Numbered from the stretch's first letter, positions 16,732 through 27,576 are shown. The stretch is DNA of 64,000 bases from an uncultured Planctomycetaceae bacterium (GCA_963815195.1 CAWFGE010000012.1:32001-96000); one strand, 5' to 3'. Notes: generated from the sequence alone by a model not told the origin. Numbers and translations are program-made.

Positions 16732-18240
16732 TCAATCCCACCACCACGGGTGGGCTTCGGGATGGGCGTTTTCCAAGGCTCCGGTGCGGATGCCTTCGAC
16801 GCGGTCGGCCTCGTCGGTTTTGAATTCGATCGCCCGCACGGTGTCCATCGGATTGATGACCACGCCGCCGCCCACGAGCCCCACGATCAGGCCGCTGCCC
16901 GCCTGGCGGAAATTCATGACGGAATCCACGTGCTTGGGCGGGTTGCCGGGGAAGTAGGTGGCTCGCTTGGTGTCCAAGAGCAGCGACATGTTCCAGCCGA
17001 CTTTCTGCGGCAGGCGTTCTTTCTTGAACAGGGCCGCCAGGATCGAGAGGTCGATCACGTTTTGGAGTTCCGCGAAGATCGGCACCTTCTCGGTCAGTTC
17101 GGGGAATTTCTCGGTGAACTGCTTCGCAAACCGCTCGGTGGTGATGCGGGTCGTGGCGGCGTCCGCGCGTTTGCCGTTCACGCTGACGTATTCCTCCTGC
17201 GACATCAACTGGGCCCGCTGGCCGGCGAAATGAAACGCCGTGCCCTCGTCGTTTTGCTGAAACGCATCGTAAAGCGGCATGAACCAGAACCGCTGCATGC
17301 TGTTGCCGCCGCGCCCGACCATCGCCAGATGGCTGCGGAATTTGGGGACTTGGGGATTTTCGAGGGCCAGCGAAATCCGCTTCATCCGCCAGTCGGCTTC
17401 GACCAGCGTGCAGCCGAAATGCGAATCCGCAGGCACCCCCCACACCGACACGTCCTGGAGGCCCAGAATCTTCGCCATGTTCTGAAATCGGAAGGCGATT
17501 CCCTGAGGCGTGGCGGGGCTGCTGTTGGCTTTGACGTACTGCTGAAACTTGGCGAGCCGATCCTGCTGGGCGTCGATCGAACATCCAATCGCCCCCGTGC
17601 GTTCGAGCGTCCGCAGCGCGATCATCAAATCATCGAGCCGCAGCGGAGGCCGGCGAGTGGTCACGCCCACGACGCGGCCCAACTCGTCCAGCGCAAAGCC
17701 CTCCGCGGGCCCGGCGATGACCAGATCTTTCGAGGCGGGATCGACGAACACATAATCGATTCGCTGGAGGCCCGCGAGAAACTGCATCTCCGGCGGCACG
17801 ACCTTCTTGGCTTTCAGGCAGTCTTCGATCGCGGCTTCCAGACGGACGAGCGACACCTTCCGCAAATTGCTCTGAACGTTGACATCGGCATTCACGAATT
17901 TTTTCGCGAAGGCTTCGAGCTTGGTTTTGTTGAGCTGGCCGGTCTTGGCGAACGCGGGGGTGACCACGCCTTCGGCGTCGATCGAAATCCCGCCCGCGCC
18001 GCCTCCGCCGCCGCCTCCGTTGACGTTCCCGCCGCCCCCATTGACGTTGCCGCCCCCGCCCCCGCCGACATTCCCGCCGCCGCCGACGTTCCCACCGCCG
18101 CCAAAGCCCCCGCCGCCGACGTTCCCCCCGCCGCCGACCGCGCCTCCGCCTCCAAAACCTCCAAACTGGGCGGAAGCCGGGGCCTGGACGAAAAGAGCGA
18201 CTGCGAGAAACGAAGCAACGACCACGCGAGGAGAAATCAT
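16732..18240 (-). CDS. DUF1598-like secreted protein with Gly-rich N-terminal linker
   Basis: Signal peptide; GGGGNV repeats; GISIDAEGVV, LRKVSLVRLE, LVEADWRMKRI, QRFWF and C-terminal WWWD match the planctomycete DUF1598 pattern as recalled. Confidence 0.75.
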   Translation of the reverse strand: MISPRVVVASFLAVALFVQAPASAQFGGFGGGGAVGGGGNVGGGGFGGGGNVGGGGNVGGGGGGNVNGGGGNVNGGGGGGGAGGISIDAEGVVTPAFAKTGQLNKTKLEAFAKKFVNADVNVQSNLRKVSLVRLEAAIEDCLKAKKVVPPEMQFLAGLQRIDYVFVDPASKDLVIAGPAEGFALDELGRVVGVTTRRPPLRLDDLMIALRTLERTGAIGCSIDAQQDRLAKFQQYVKANSSPATPQGIAFRFQNMAKILGLQDVSVWGVPADSHFGCTLVEADWRMKRISLALENPQVPKFRSHLAMVGRGGNSMQRFWFMPLYDAFQQNDEGTAFHFAGQRAQLMSQEEYVSVNGKRADAATTRITTERFAKQFTEKFPELTEKVPIFAELQNVIDLSILAALFKKERLPQKVGWNMSLLLDTKRATYFPGNPPKHVDSVMNFRQAGSGLIVGLVGGGVVINPMDTVRAIEFKTDEADRVEGIRTGALENAHPEAHPWWWD

Positions 18241-18370
18241 GGGTCACCTTTGAAGAAAATCAGCGTCGAGCGGGCAAAAAGAAAGGCCCGAAAGGGATGC
18301 AAGGGGGATTGCATTCCCTACCATTTATGATAACGCCCCGCCGGAAAAATTCCATGAAATCCCGAGTTTT

Positions 18371-18865
18371 TCAGAAAGAGATCGGAATCCGGCAGATCGC
18401 CCATTGGCCGAAGTTTTCCTCGACCTCCACCTGCACCGCGGACAGCCGATGCGGGCCGCGGTCGGCGAGTTTGCCCAGAAGTTGTCCGCCGATCCAGCGG
18501 GCGATGGCCTCCGCGGTCGTGTTGGGAACGGGCAGCAGCTTACAATCTTCGCGGGGGAACACCCAACGGCGGTCTTCAAACCGCACCTCGACTTCCCGGT
18601 CGCCGGCTTCCACGCGGATCTGGGCGTGCTGTGTCGGCAGGAGCACGCGGTGGTCCAACTCGTTCACGATCGACTGCAACTCGTCCCGCAGCGCGATGAA
18701 GTCGAAGACGTATTCGTTCTCATCCAAAGGCCCCGAGACCTCCACGGCCGTCCGCCAATTGTGGCCGTGCAACCGCTCGCAGATGTTGCCGTTAAACGTA
18801 ATGAAATGAGCCGCGCTAAACACCAGGTGGTCCTTGGTCACGCGGACGCGATAGAGCTCCTGCAT
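18371..18865 (-). CDS. queD: 6-carboxy-5,6,7,8-tetrahydropterin synthase / PTPS family
   Basis: FSAAHF, CERLHGHNW, DF, LDHR and TTAE motifs. Confidence 0.85.
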   Translation of the reverse strand: MQELYRVRVTKDHLVFSAAHFITFNGNICERLHGHNWRTAVEVSGPLDENEYVFDFIALRDELQSIVNELDHRVLLPTQHAQIRVEAGDREVEVRFEDRRWVFPREDCKLLPVPNTTAEAIARWIGGQLLGKLADRGPHRLSAVQVEVEENFGQWAICRIPISF

Positions 18866-18942
18866 GATTGTTGCCTTTCGCCTTGTCTCGATCAGCCGGA
18901 ACGTGCAAGCGTCCGGTTATTTCCAGAACCGAAGGCTAGCGC

Positions 18943-19376
18943 TGGGCTGTTAAAAAATTGGTATTGAAGTCTAAAAACGCGGGTTCTGGCTTGCGCCACC
19001 TGTGTTCTCGTTTTTTTGGGAAAGCATTCGGGCCGAAGGCCCGGCTCTCTGTCAGCCCAGGGCCAGTGCAGCGCCGCCCTGGGTTACGGACGATCAATGA
19101 AACGCAAGCCCCAACGGGGCGGCCCGATGTGGCAGCTCTCGCCACGGAACAAGGCATTGCGTATTTCCGATTTCGGGCCGCCCCGTTGGGGCTTTGTTTT
19201 CAAGAGCCGCCCACAAAGTAAGCGGTGTTCAGGGACTCAGACAACGCAAGACCGCTTACTTCGTGCGCGGCTCAGGCATTGTTGGAAGTACTCAAATTTG
19301 AAACACTTGAATTTACGAACGGTCGAAAAGCTGCGCAAAGTCAAATCGTCGTCAACACCAGATTTTTAACGGCCCA
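18943..19376. mobile_element. Non-autonomous 434-bp MITE-like insertion with 25-bp TIRs and a 9-bp target-site duplication
   Basis: Left TGGGCTGTTAAAAAATTGGTATTGA versus reverse-complemented right TGGGCCGTTAAAAATCTGGTGTTGA (21/25); GGCTAGCGC at both 18934-18942 and 19377-19385; no transposase ORF. Confidence 0.88.
19030..19194. repeat. REP-like palindromic cassette inside the MITE
   Basis: Perfect 22-bp inverted repeat AAGCCCCAACGGGGCGGCCCGA (19106-19127 / 19173-19194); CCCAGGGC/GCCCTGGG (19056/19076); GGGCCGAAGGCCC hairpin. Confidence 0.85.
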
Positions 19377-19412
19377 GGCTAGCGCCCTGCGGCTAATGAA
19401 ATCATCAGCCCG

Positions 19413-19451
19413 AAAATAAAAAGACCCGGCTTCTCGGGAAAGAAACCGGGT
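19413..19451 (-). terminator. Intrinsic terminator
   Basis: Minus strand ACCCGGTTTCT-TTCCCG-AGAAGCCGGGT followed by CTTTTTATTTT. Confidence 0.8.
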
Positions 19452-19510
19452 GGGTTCGTCGACGAAGATGGGAGTCTGGGTTTGGTGAGGAATAGATCGT
19501 CACCCATTCC

Positions 19511-19540
19511 TCACCGATTTTCATACGGCGGATCCTGCAT
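19511..19540 (-). CDS. Putative 9-aa leader or small peptide MQDPPYENR
   Basis: GAGGAGG Shine-Dalgarno 6 nt before ATG; lies between a sigma70-like promoter and a terminator. Confidence 0.35.
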   Translation of the reverse strand: MQDPPYENR

Positions 19541-19604
19541 GGGCAGCCTCCTCTTCGGGGGGAACAGGATTGTGTTGGACGAATTGGAAAATGTGTCCGA
19601 AATC

Positions 19605-19634
19605 AAGATACCAAACGCCGCTTCAATATGTCAA
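19605..19634 (-). promoter_or_regulatory. Sigma70-type promoter
   Basis: TTGACA-18 nt-TATCTT with TG one base upstream of the -10 box (extended -10-like). Confidence 0.6.
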
Positions 19635-19680
19635 AGTTTTTCCGCCCGACTGGGAAAAAATTTCAACGAGACTTCGCCTC

Positions 19681-20448
19681 TCACTCGTCGTTCTCCGGAT
19701 GGGAGGGCGGCGGATTGGGGTTCGGCGGCGGCTGCTTTTGTTGCTGGGCGATCTTTTTCTGGAACTGCTCGAAGGCGTGCGTGATGGAACTCAGAAACCG
19801 GGGCACGTTGCCCGCGGACAGATAAACCCGAGCCGACACCGCCGAGCGGGGATAGAATGTGGTAATGAAATCGAAGGAGAACTCCGTGGCGGTGTGGCCA
19901 ATCATCACGGCGTTCGCATAAGACCCGCAAAGCATTTCGTCGGCGAGCTTCAACTGGTCGTACAGGTCCTGCACGGAGTTCTGGTTGAGAGTTACCGATT
20001 CGGAACCTCCTGCGGCGCTTGGACTTCCGGTCGTCGTCCCGGCCGGCGGGTTTTCGCCGCCTCCCGCAGTGGGGCCGGTCGCGGCGAGCGGCTGGTTCTG
20101 GGGCGGGAGCGTGGCGGTGTCGATTTGCGTCACGCCCGGCGGCGCCTGGTGCTGGAATGTCCGCTGAAAATTGCCCAAATTCTCGCGGAGGGCCGCGATA
20201 AATCGGCCCAAAACCGCAGGCGTCATCACGATCCGAGCCGCGACCTGGTGGGGCATCGTCATCCGCAGCAGAAAATCGATAATGAACTCATGCTGCCCCT
20301 GCAGCACGACCGCCCCCGTGCTGAACACGCCCCGGGCCACGCCTTTGGGAACGAGGGCGCTCACTTGAGAATGCCGAACTTCCTGGCTCTGCGGCGGCGG
20401 ATCGCCGGGCGGGGTTGTTCCTTCATGCGGCGGGCGTTCCTCGGACAT
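19681..20448 (-). CDS. Tandem DUF3467-like domain protein
   Basis: Two related halves (GVFSTGAVV..EFIIDF..ARIVM; GSYANAVMI..EFSFDF..ARVYL) joined by a Pro/Gly linker. Confidence 0.75.
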   Translation of the reverse strand: MSEERPPHEGTTPPGDPPPQSQEVRHSQVSALVPKGVARGVFSTGAVVLQGQHEFIIDFLLRMTMPHQVAARIVMTPAVLGRFIAALRENLGNFQRTFQHQAPPGVTQIDTATLPPQNQPLAATGPTAGGGENPPAGTTTGSPSAAGGSESVTLNQNSVQDLYDQLKLADEMLCGSYANAVMIGHTATEFSFDFITTFYPRSAVSARVYLSAGNVPRFLSSITHAFEQFQKKIAQQQKQPPPNPNPPPSHPENDE

Positions 20449-20773
20449 ACATCGGCTCGCAATGGCTAAAAAAAGAAATGTGCGCCTCCTCCGTTTGACG
20501 ATAGCACGCCCCTGGCCAATCTACAACCAAATCTTTTCCGCGAGTTTCCGCGAGGCCCACATCAGGCCCTCGCTGTGTGCGGTCGCGAAAATTGGGAAAT
20601 CCAGCAAGGCTGCGCAACATCCGGTGGTGAAGGCCTCCAAAAAACTGAACATCCGATGCAAACACGGCTTGACCGATCGGACCACAGCGGTTAGACCACT
20701 CCGTTTTTCATCGTTCCCCAACAATTGAAGTTTGTTAATAACGCACATCCACATCGGACGCTACGGAGATTCC

Positions 20774-21725
<952 letters not shown>

Positions 21726-21793
21726 GTTCGTTGAGGGTTCTTCCGGATAATCAGGGGGAACGGCGACGGTTAAAGAATCTCTTGTCCGCGATC

Positions 21794-21829
21794 TTTCACC
21801 TCCCCAAAGGGCCCAAAGGGGAGGTGAAA
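21794..21829. other. Perfect 12-bp stem hairpin downstream of fcl (terminator- or REP-like)
   Basis: TTTCACCTCCCC / GGGGAGGTGAAA. Confidence 0.55.
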
Positions 21830-22121
21830 TCCGTGGTTGATCATCACTACGGAAGCATCGACCTCGGCGGCTGAAAGCCGCCCTGGCGGAAGATGCCGCG
21901 GCGATCGCGGGATTTGGCGCGCCGTTTGCCTGATCCGAACAACAGGCTAAAATGCCGAAATTGTTGCGCAGCCAAAACGTGGGCCCGTTTCTCCATTTCA
22001 AGACGTTTGTATGATACACATTCTGAAGTCAACAACCGCCGCGGTGGGGACGATTCGCCGCGGTTGCTTGATGGGGAGACATGTTGCGCGTCGAGTCAAC
22101 AGCTGAATGAAATCCATGGGA

Positions 22122-24131
22122 ATGCCGAATTCAAATCCGAATGGCCGCAGCCGAGTCGTGATTGAAAGCGTTCGCCCCGAAATCGATGCGGGGCAGTTTC
22201 CCATCAAGCGGGTCGTGGGCGAGCGGGTCGTCGTGGAAGCGGATGTCTTCACCGACGGACACGACGAGGTCGCCGCAGTTTTGTGCTATCGCTCCCTTGA
22301 TCCCGCCGGCGAGAAAGCCGGTTGGCAGGAAACGCCCATGCAGCCGCTGGTCAACGACCGCTGGCGGGGCGAGTTCACCGTCGATCGCGAAGGCGTGGCG
22401 GTCTATACCGTCAAAGCCTGGGTCGACCGGTTCTTCACCTGGCATCACGATCTGAAAAAACGCGTGGCGGCCCATCAGGTGTCGGAGGTCGATCTCGCGA
22501 TCGGGGCCGAACTGATCGAGGCTGCGGCTCGAGAAGCGAGCGGGGGAGATCAAAAAAGTCTGGAAGCCTGGTCGCGCCGCCTCCGCAATGATGAGGCGCT
22601 GCGTCACGCCGAGGAAATCTGCGACGCCGATGAACTCGAAGACCTCATGCGCAAGAACGCCCGCAGGGATTTTGCGACGACCTATCCGCGGGAACTACGG
22701 GTCACGGTGGACCGCAAGCGGGCGGCGTTTAGTGCCTGGTACGAGATGTTCCCGCGGTCGGCGGCGGATCGGCCGCATCAGCACGGCACGTTGAGAGATG
22801 TCCTCGCCCGCCTCCCATACGTCGCGGAGATGGGGTTCGACGTGTTGTATCTTCCGCCGATCCATCCCGTCGGCCGGGCCTTTCGCAAAGGGAAGAACAA
22901 CACGACGAAAGCCTACCCCGACGATGTGGGCAGCCCGTGGGGGATCGGAGCCGACGAGGGCGGGCACAAGGCGATTCACCCCAAGCTCGGGACGATGCGG
23001 GACTTTCAGGAACTGGTCACGACGGCCCGCGAAATGGGAATCGAGATCGCGCTCGATGTCGCCTTTCAATGCTCGCCGGACCATCCCTACGTGAAGGAAC
23101 ATCCGCAGTGGTTTCGGCATCGGCCCGACGGCACGATTCAATACGCCGAGAACCCGCCCAAAAAATACCAGGACATCTACCCCTTCGATTTCGAGACCGA
23201 AGACTGGCAGGCGCTGTGGGCGGAGCTGAAAAGCATCTTTGACTTTTGGATCGAGCGGGATGTGAAGATTTTCCGCGTGGACAATCCGCACACGAAGCCT
23301 TTCGCGTTCTGGGAGTGGTGCATCGGCGAGATCAAGCGCGAGCATCCCGAGGTGCTGTTTCTGTCGGAAGCCTTCACGCGGCCGAAAATCATGTATCGGC
23401 TCGCGAAGCTGGGCTTCACGCAGTCTTACACCTATTTCGCCTGGCGGAACACGAAAACCGAGCTGACGGAGTATCTCACCGAACTCACGCAGACGCCGGT
23501 CCGCGAGTTTTTCCGCCCGAACTTCTGGCCGAACACGCCGGACATTCTGACGGAGTATCTGCAAATCGGCGGGCGGCCGGCGTTCATGGCCCGCCTGGTG
23601 CTTGCGGCCACGCTGTGTTCCAACTATGGGATCTACGGCCCGCCGTTCGAGCATCATTGGACCGCCCCGCGGGAACCGGGCAGCGAAGAGTATCTGTATT
23701 CCGAGAAGTACCAGATTCATTACCACAACCTGGATCGGCCCGATAGCCTGCGGAAATACATCGCCCGCGTGAATCAGATCCGCGCGGAATATGCCGTCCT
23801 GCACACCAACCGCAACCTGAGATTTCACCGAGTGGATAACGAGGATCTGATTTGCTACAGCAAGGCGTCGGAGGATAAAACTCAGATCGTTCTGGTCGTG
23901 TTGAATCTCGATCCGAACTATACGCAATCGGGCTTCGTGAATTTGCCTGTGGATGAGTTCGAGTTAGGGGATGTGCATCCTTATGAAGTGCATGACCTGT
24001 TGAGCGATGAGCGGTACTTGTGGCATGGCCACCGGAACTATGTGGAGCTCGCCCCGCATTTGACGCCCGCGCACATTTTCGTCATCCGCCGCCGGGTCCG
24101 CACGGAGCGGGAGTTTGAAACCTACTTGTGA
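22122..24131 (+). CDS. glgE: Alpha-1,4-glucan:maltose-1-phosphate maltosyltransferase
   Basis: AWYEMFPRS, YAENPPKKYQDIYP, FRVDNPHTKP, FLSEAFTRP, RPNFWPNTPDIL; start may be 22107, 22116 or 22122. Confidence 0.95.
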   Translation: MPNSNPNGRSRVVIESVRPEIDAGQFPIKRVVGERVVVEADVFTDGHDEVAAVLCYRSLDPAGEKAGWQETPMQPLVNDRWRGEFTVDREGVAVYTVKAWVDRFFTWHHDLKKRVAAHQVSEVDLAIGAELIEAAAREASGGDQKSLEAWSRRLRNDEALRHAEEICDADELEDLMRKNARRDFATTYPRELRVTVDRKRAAFSAWYEMFPRSAADRPHQHGTLRDVLARLPYVAEMGFDVLYLPPIHPVGRAFRKGKNNTTKAYPDDVGSPWGIGADEGGHKAIHPKLGTMRDFQELVTTAREMGIEIALDVAFQCSPDHPYVKEHPQWFRHRPDGTIQYAENPPKKYQDIYPFDFETEDWQALWAELKSIFDFWIERDVKIFRVDNPHTKPFAFWEWCIGEIKREHPEVLFLSEAFTRPKIMYRLAKLGFTQSYTYFAWRNTKTELTEYLTELTQTPVREFFRPNFWPNTPDILTEYLQIGGRPAFMARLVLAATLCSNYGIYGPPFEHHWTAPREPGSEEYLYSEKYQIHYHNLDRPDSLRKYIARVNQIRAEYAVLHTNRNLRFHRVDNEDLICYSKASEDKTQIVLVVLNLDPNYTQSGFVNLPVDEFELGDVHPYEVHDLLSDERYLWHGHRNYVELAPHLTPAHIFVIRRRVRTEREFETYL

Positions 24132-24165
24132 CCGAACACAATCGAATTGACAGAAAGGTTTTGCC

Positions 24166-27100
24166 GTGGCAACGCGGATGATGGAAACACAACCCGCCGC
24201 CGTCAAACCCATTGCAGCGCGGGATCCGCTGTGGTTTAAGGATGCGGTGATTTACCAGCTCCACGTCAAGGCCTATTGCGACTCCAACGGCGACGGCATC
24301 GGCGATTTTCCCGGCCTGACCGAAAAGCTCGACTACATCCGCGACCTGGGCGTGACGGCGATCTGGCTCCTGCCTTTTTTTCATTCGCCCCTCAGGGACG
24401 ATGGCTACGACATCGCCGACTACACCCGCATCCACGAGAACTACGGGACGCTCGACGATTTTCAGTTTTTCCTGGAGGAAGCCCATCGCCGGGATCTGCG
24501 GGTGATCACCGAAATGGTCATGAACCACACCTCGGACCAGCACGAGTGGTTTCAGAAATCCCGGCGGGCCAAGCCCGGCAGCAAGTGGCGCGACTTCTAC
24601 GTTTGGAGCGACACCGACGAGCGCTATCCGGAAGCCCGTGTTATCTTTCAGGACTTCGAGACGTCGAATTGGACGTGGGATCCGGTGGCCGAGGCCTATT
24701 TCTGGCACCGCTTTTATCATCATCAGCCGGATTTGAACTTCGACAACCCGGAAGTCCACGAGGCGATTTTCAAGGCGATCGATTTCTGGCTCGACCGGGG
24801 CGTGGACGGGATGCGGCTCGATGCGGTGCCTTATTTGTACGAACGCGAAGGCACGAACTGCGAGAACCTGCCGGAGACGCACGGGTTCCTCAAGGAGCTT
24901 CGCCAGCACGTGGACGAAAAATACGCCGACAAGATGCTGCTCGCCGAGGCCAACCAGTGGCCCGAAGACGCGGCGTCGTATTACGGCGACGGCGACGAGT
25001 GCCACATGAATTTTCACTTCCCGCTGATGCCTCGGCTGTTCATGGCGATCGAACGCGAAGACCGGTTTCCGATCATCGACATTCTCGAGCAAACGCCCCG
25101 GCTGCCGGACAATTGCCAGTGGGGGATTTTTCTCCGCAACCATGACGAGTTGACGCTGGAGATGGTGACCGACGAAGAGCGGGACTATATGTACCGGGCG
25201 TACGTGGACGATCCGCGGGCCCGCGTCAACTTGGGCATTCGCCGCCGACTGGCTCCGCTGTTAAGAGACGACCGCCGCAAGGTGGAGTTGATGAACGGGC
25301 TGTTGTTGTCGCTGCCGGGGACGCCGATTATTTATTACGGCGATGAAATCCGCATGGGGGACAACATTTTTCTGGGGGACCGCGACGGCGTCCGCACGCC
25401 GATGCAGTGGAACGACGACCGCAACGCCGGCTTCTCGCGGGCGAATCCGCAGCGGCTGTTTCTGCCGGTGATTATCGATGCCCCGTTTCACTTTTCGTCC
25501 CGGAATGTCGAGGTGGAGCAAAGCCGGCCGCATTCGATGCTGTGGTGGATGCGGCGGATCATCAGCATTCGGCAGCAGCACCCGGCGTTCGGGCGGGGGA
25601 CCATTGAGTTCGCCGTTTCGGATAACTCGAAAGTCCTGGCCTTTCTCCGCGAATACGACGGCGAAACGATTCTCGTCGTCGCGAACCTGTCGCGGTACGT
25701 GCAATGTGCCGAGCTCGATCTTTCGCGGTTCCGCGGCCGCGTGCCCAAGGAGATTTTCGGCCAGACCAAATTCCCGCCGATCGGCGAGCTGCCTTATTTC
25801 TTGACGCTCGGCTCGTATTCGTTTTATTGGTTTCGCCTGCAATGGGAGCACGGGGAAGCCGAGGCCTGCAGTCTCCAACTGCCGACCTGCCGGGTGGACG
25901 GGTCTTGGGATTCGCTGTTTCAGGGCCGGCCCCTCAAGCGGTTGGAGGAGGCCTTGCCGACCTATCTCCAGCGGCACCGCTGGTTCGCGGGAAAGGCCCG
26001 GCCCATTCAGCAGACCAAGCTGCTCGATGTGCTTTCGGTGCACGATGTCGAGGACGTCACGGACGAAATCAAACGGCCGGAGAGTTTTCCCGGCGGAAGC
26101 CTGGCGGCGACGCGGATTCTTCTCGTGCGGGTCGAGTATGCCGAAGGCGAGCCGGAGACGTACGTGCTGCCCGTGGTGTTCGCCCAAGGGGGGCAGGAAC
26201 TCAACATCCTAGGCGACCGGCCGAGCGCGGGGATCATCTCGGTCGCCCGATCCGAGGACGGGGCCGGAGCGACGCTGTGCGACACCACCCACGAACCGGA
26301 ATTCTGGCTGCTGCTGTTTCATGCCTTGGCCACCGGTTCCGTCATTCCCGGCCAGCGCGGCCGGTTGGAATCTTTTCAGACGGACATCTTCCCGGCGCTC
26401 CGCGAGAACCTGTCGTTGGAGATTGCACTCCACGGCGGCGAGCAGAGCAACACCTCGGCGATCCTGGGCAACCAGTTGATCTTGAAGCTCTTCCGCCGCA
26501 TCGACCAGGGCGAAAATCCCGATCTGGAAATCGGCCGCTACCTCACGGAGCAAACCGAGCTTGCCTGCGTGCCGAAGGTCGGCGGAGCACTCGAATACAA
26601 AGACAAAAAGAAAACGCGGTTCACGCTGGCGGTGCTGCACGAGTTTGTGGCCAACGAAGGCGATGCCTGGGTTTACACGCTCGACGAACTCGACCGCTAT
26701 TTCGAGCACATCAAATCCGAGCTCCCCGGTGCGGTGCCCACGCCGGAAATGCTGCCGACGGGGACGCTGTTGGAGTTGACCGGTCAAGAGCCGCCCGAAC
26801 TGGCCCGGCATGTGATCGGCACGTATTTGGAATCGACCGAACTGCTCGGCCGGCGCACGGCGGAATTGCACTTGGCGCTCGCGGCGGGGGAAAGCGACGC
26901 CTTCGCTCCGGAACCGTTTACCAAGCTCTATCAGCGGAGCGTGTATCAATCGATGCGCTCGCAGGCTCGGCGAACGTTGAGCCTGCTCCGCAAGCAGTTG
27001 AAGAAATTGCCCGAAGCGGTCGCTCCCAGTGCGGAGCGTTTGGTGCAAAGCGAAGCGGTACTCTTGGAGCGGTTTCGCGAACTCTCGGAGCACCGCATCC

Positions 27101-27576
27101 ACGCCGCCCGCACGCGCTGCCACGGCGATTTTCATTTGGGGCAGGTGCTTTTCACGGGGAAGGATTTTGTGATCATCGATTTCGAAGGCGAACCGGACCG
27201 GCCCATCGGAGAGCGGCGGATCAAGCATTCGCCGCTCCGGGACGTGGCGGGGATGATCCGCTCCATTCATTATGCGTCCCACGCGGCGCTGCGAAGCTCG
27301 GCCGGGCATTCGCTGTTGCCTTCGGAAATGGACAAGGGCATCGCGGACTGGTTTCCCGTGTGGTACGTGTGGAGCGCGGTGTCTTATCTGAAAGCCTATC
27401 TGGCCGAAGCCTCGCGCGGCGAATTTCTGCCCCAGGAGCGGAACGATCTGGAAATCCTGCTCGATGCCTACCTGCTGGAGAAGGCCGTGTACGAACTGGG
27501 CTACGAACTCAACAACCGACCCGACTGGGTGCCGATCCCGCTGGAAGGGATTCTGCATTTGATTGAACCAGGCTAG
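24166..27576 (+). CDS. treS: Trehalose synthase TreS fused to maltokinase (Pep2/Mak)
   Basis: GH13 motifs NHTSDQH, RLDAVPYL, LAEANQWPE, FLRNHDELTLE, NLGIRRRLAPL; C-terminal GEQSNTS, HGDFHLGQVL, IDFEGEP, DVAGM, EKAVYE. Confidence 0.95.
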   Translation: MATRMMETQPAAVKPIAARDPLWFKDAVIYQLHVKAYCDSNGDGIGDFPGLTEKLDYIRDLGVTAIWLLPFFHSPLRDDGYDIADYTRIHENYGTLDDFQFFLEEAHRRDLRVITEMVMNHTSDQHEWFQKSRRAKPGSKWRDFYVWSDTDERYPEARVIFQDFETSNWTWDPVAEAYFWHRFYHHQPDLNFDNPEVHEAIFKAIDFWLDRGVDGMRLDAVPYLYEREGTNCENLPETHGFLKELRQHVDEKYADKMLLAEANQWPEDAASYYGDGDECHMNFHFPLMPRLFMAIEREDRFPIIDILEQTPRLPDNCQWGIFLRNHDELTLEMVTDEERDYMYRAYVDDPRARVNLGIRRRLAPLLRDDRRKVELMNGLLLSLPGTPIIYYGDEIRMGDNIFLGDRDGVRTPMQWNDDRNAGFSRANPQRLFLPVIIDAPFHFSSRNVEVEQSRPHSMLWWMRRIISIRQQHPAFGRGTIEFAVSDNSKVLAFLREYDGETILVVANLSRYVQCAELDLSRFRGRVPKEIFGQTKFPPIGELPYFLTLGSYSFYWFRLQWEHGEAEACSLQLPTCRVDGSWDSLFQGRPLKRLEEALPTYLQRHRWFAGKARPIQQTKLLDVLSVHDVEDVTDEIKRPESFPGGSLAATRILLVRVEYAEGEPETYVLPVVFAQGGQELNILGDRPSAGIISVARSEDGAGATLCDTTHEPEFWLLLFHALATGSVIPGQRGRLESFQTDIFPALRENLSLEIALHGGEQSNTSAILGNQLILKLFRRIDQGENPDLEIGRYLTEQTELACVPKVGGALEYKDKKKTRFTLAVLHEFVANEGDAWVYTLDELDRYFEHIKSELPGAVPTPEMLPTGTLLELTGQEPPELARHVIGTYLESTELLGRRTAELHLALAAGESDAFAPEPFTKLYQRSVYQSMRSQARRTLSLLRKQLKKLPEAVAPSAERLVQSEAVLLERFRELSEHRIHAARTRCHGDFHLGQVLFTGKDFVIIDFEGEPDRPIGERRIKHSPLRDVAGMIRSIHYASHAALRSSAGHSLLPSEMDKGIADWFPVWYVWSAVSYLKAYLAEASRGEFLPQERNDLEILLDAYLLEKAVYELGYELNNRPDWVPIPLEGILHLIEPG

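Larger units (their letters stand above)
18891..19398. repeat. REP doublet, family A, interrupted by a MITE
   Basis: Left part ATCAGCCGGAACGTGCAAGCGTCCGGTT..AACCGAAGGCTAGCGC and right part GGCTAGCGCCCTGCGGCTAAT rejoin into an intact doublet when the insert is removed. Confidence 0.85.

Noticed and set aside
18936..19419. Short ORFs as transposase remnants
   Set aside because: No DDE, HUH or HTH motifs; ORFs arise from palindromic non-coding DNA
18866..19600. preQ1 riboswitch upstream of queD
   Set aside because: No preQ1 consensus recognised by eye; region is occupied by REP and MITE; an Infernal search would be needed to exclude it fully
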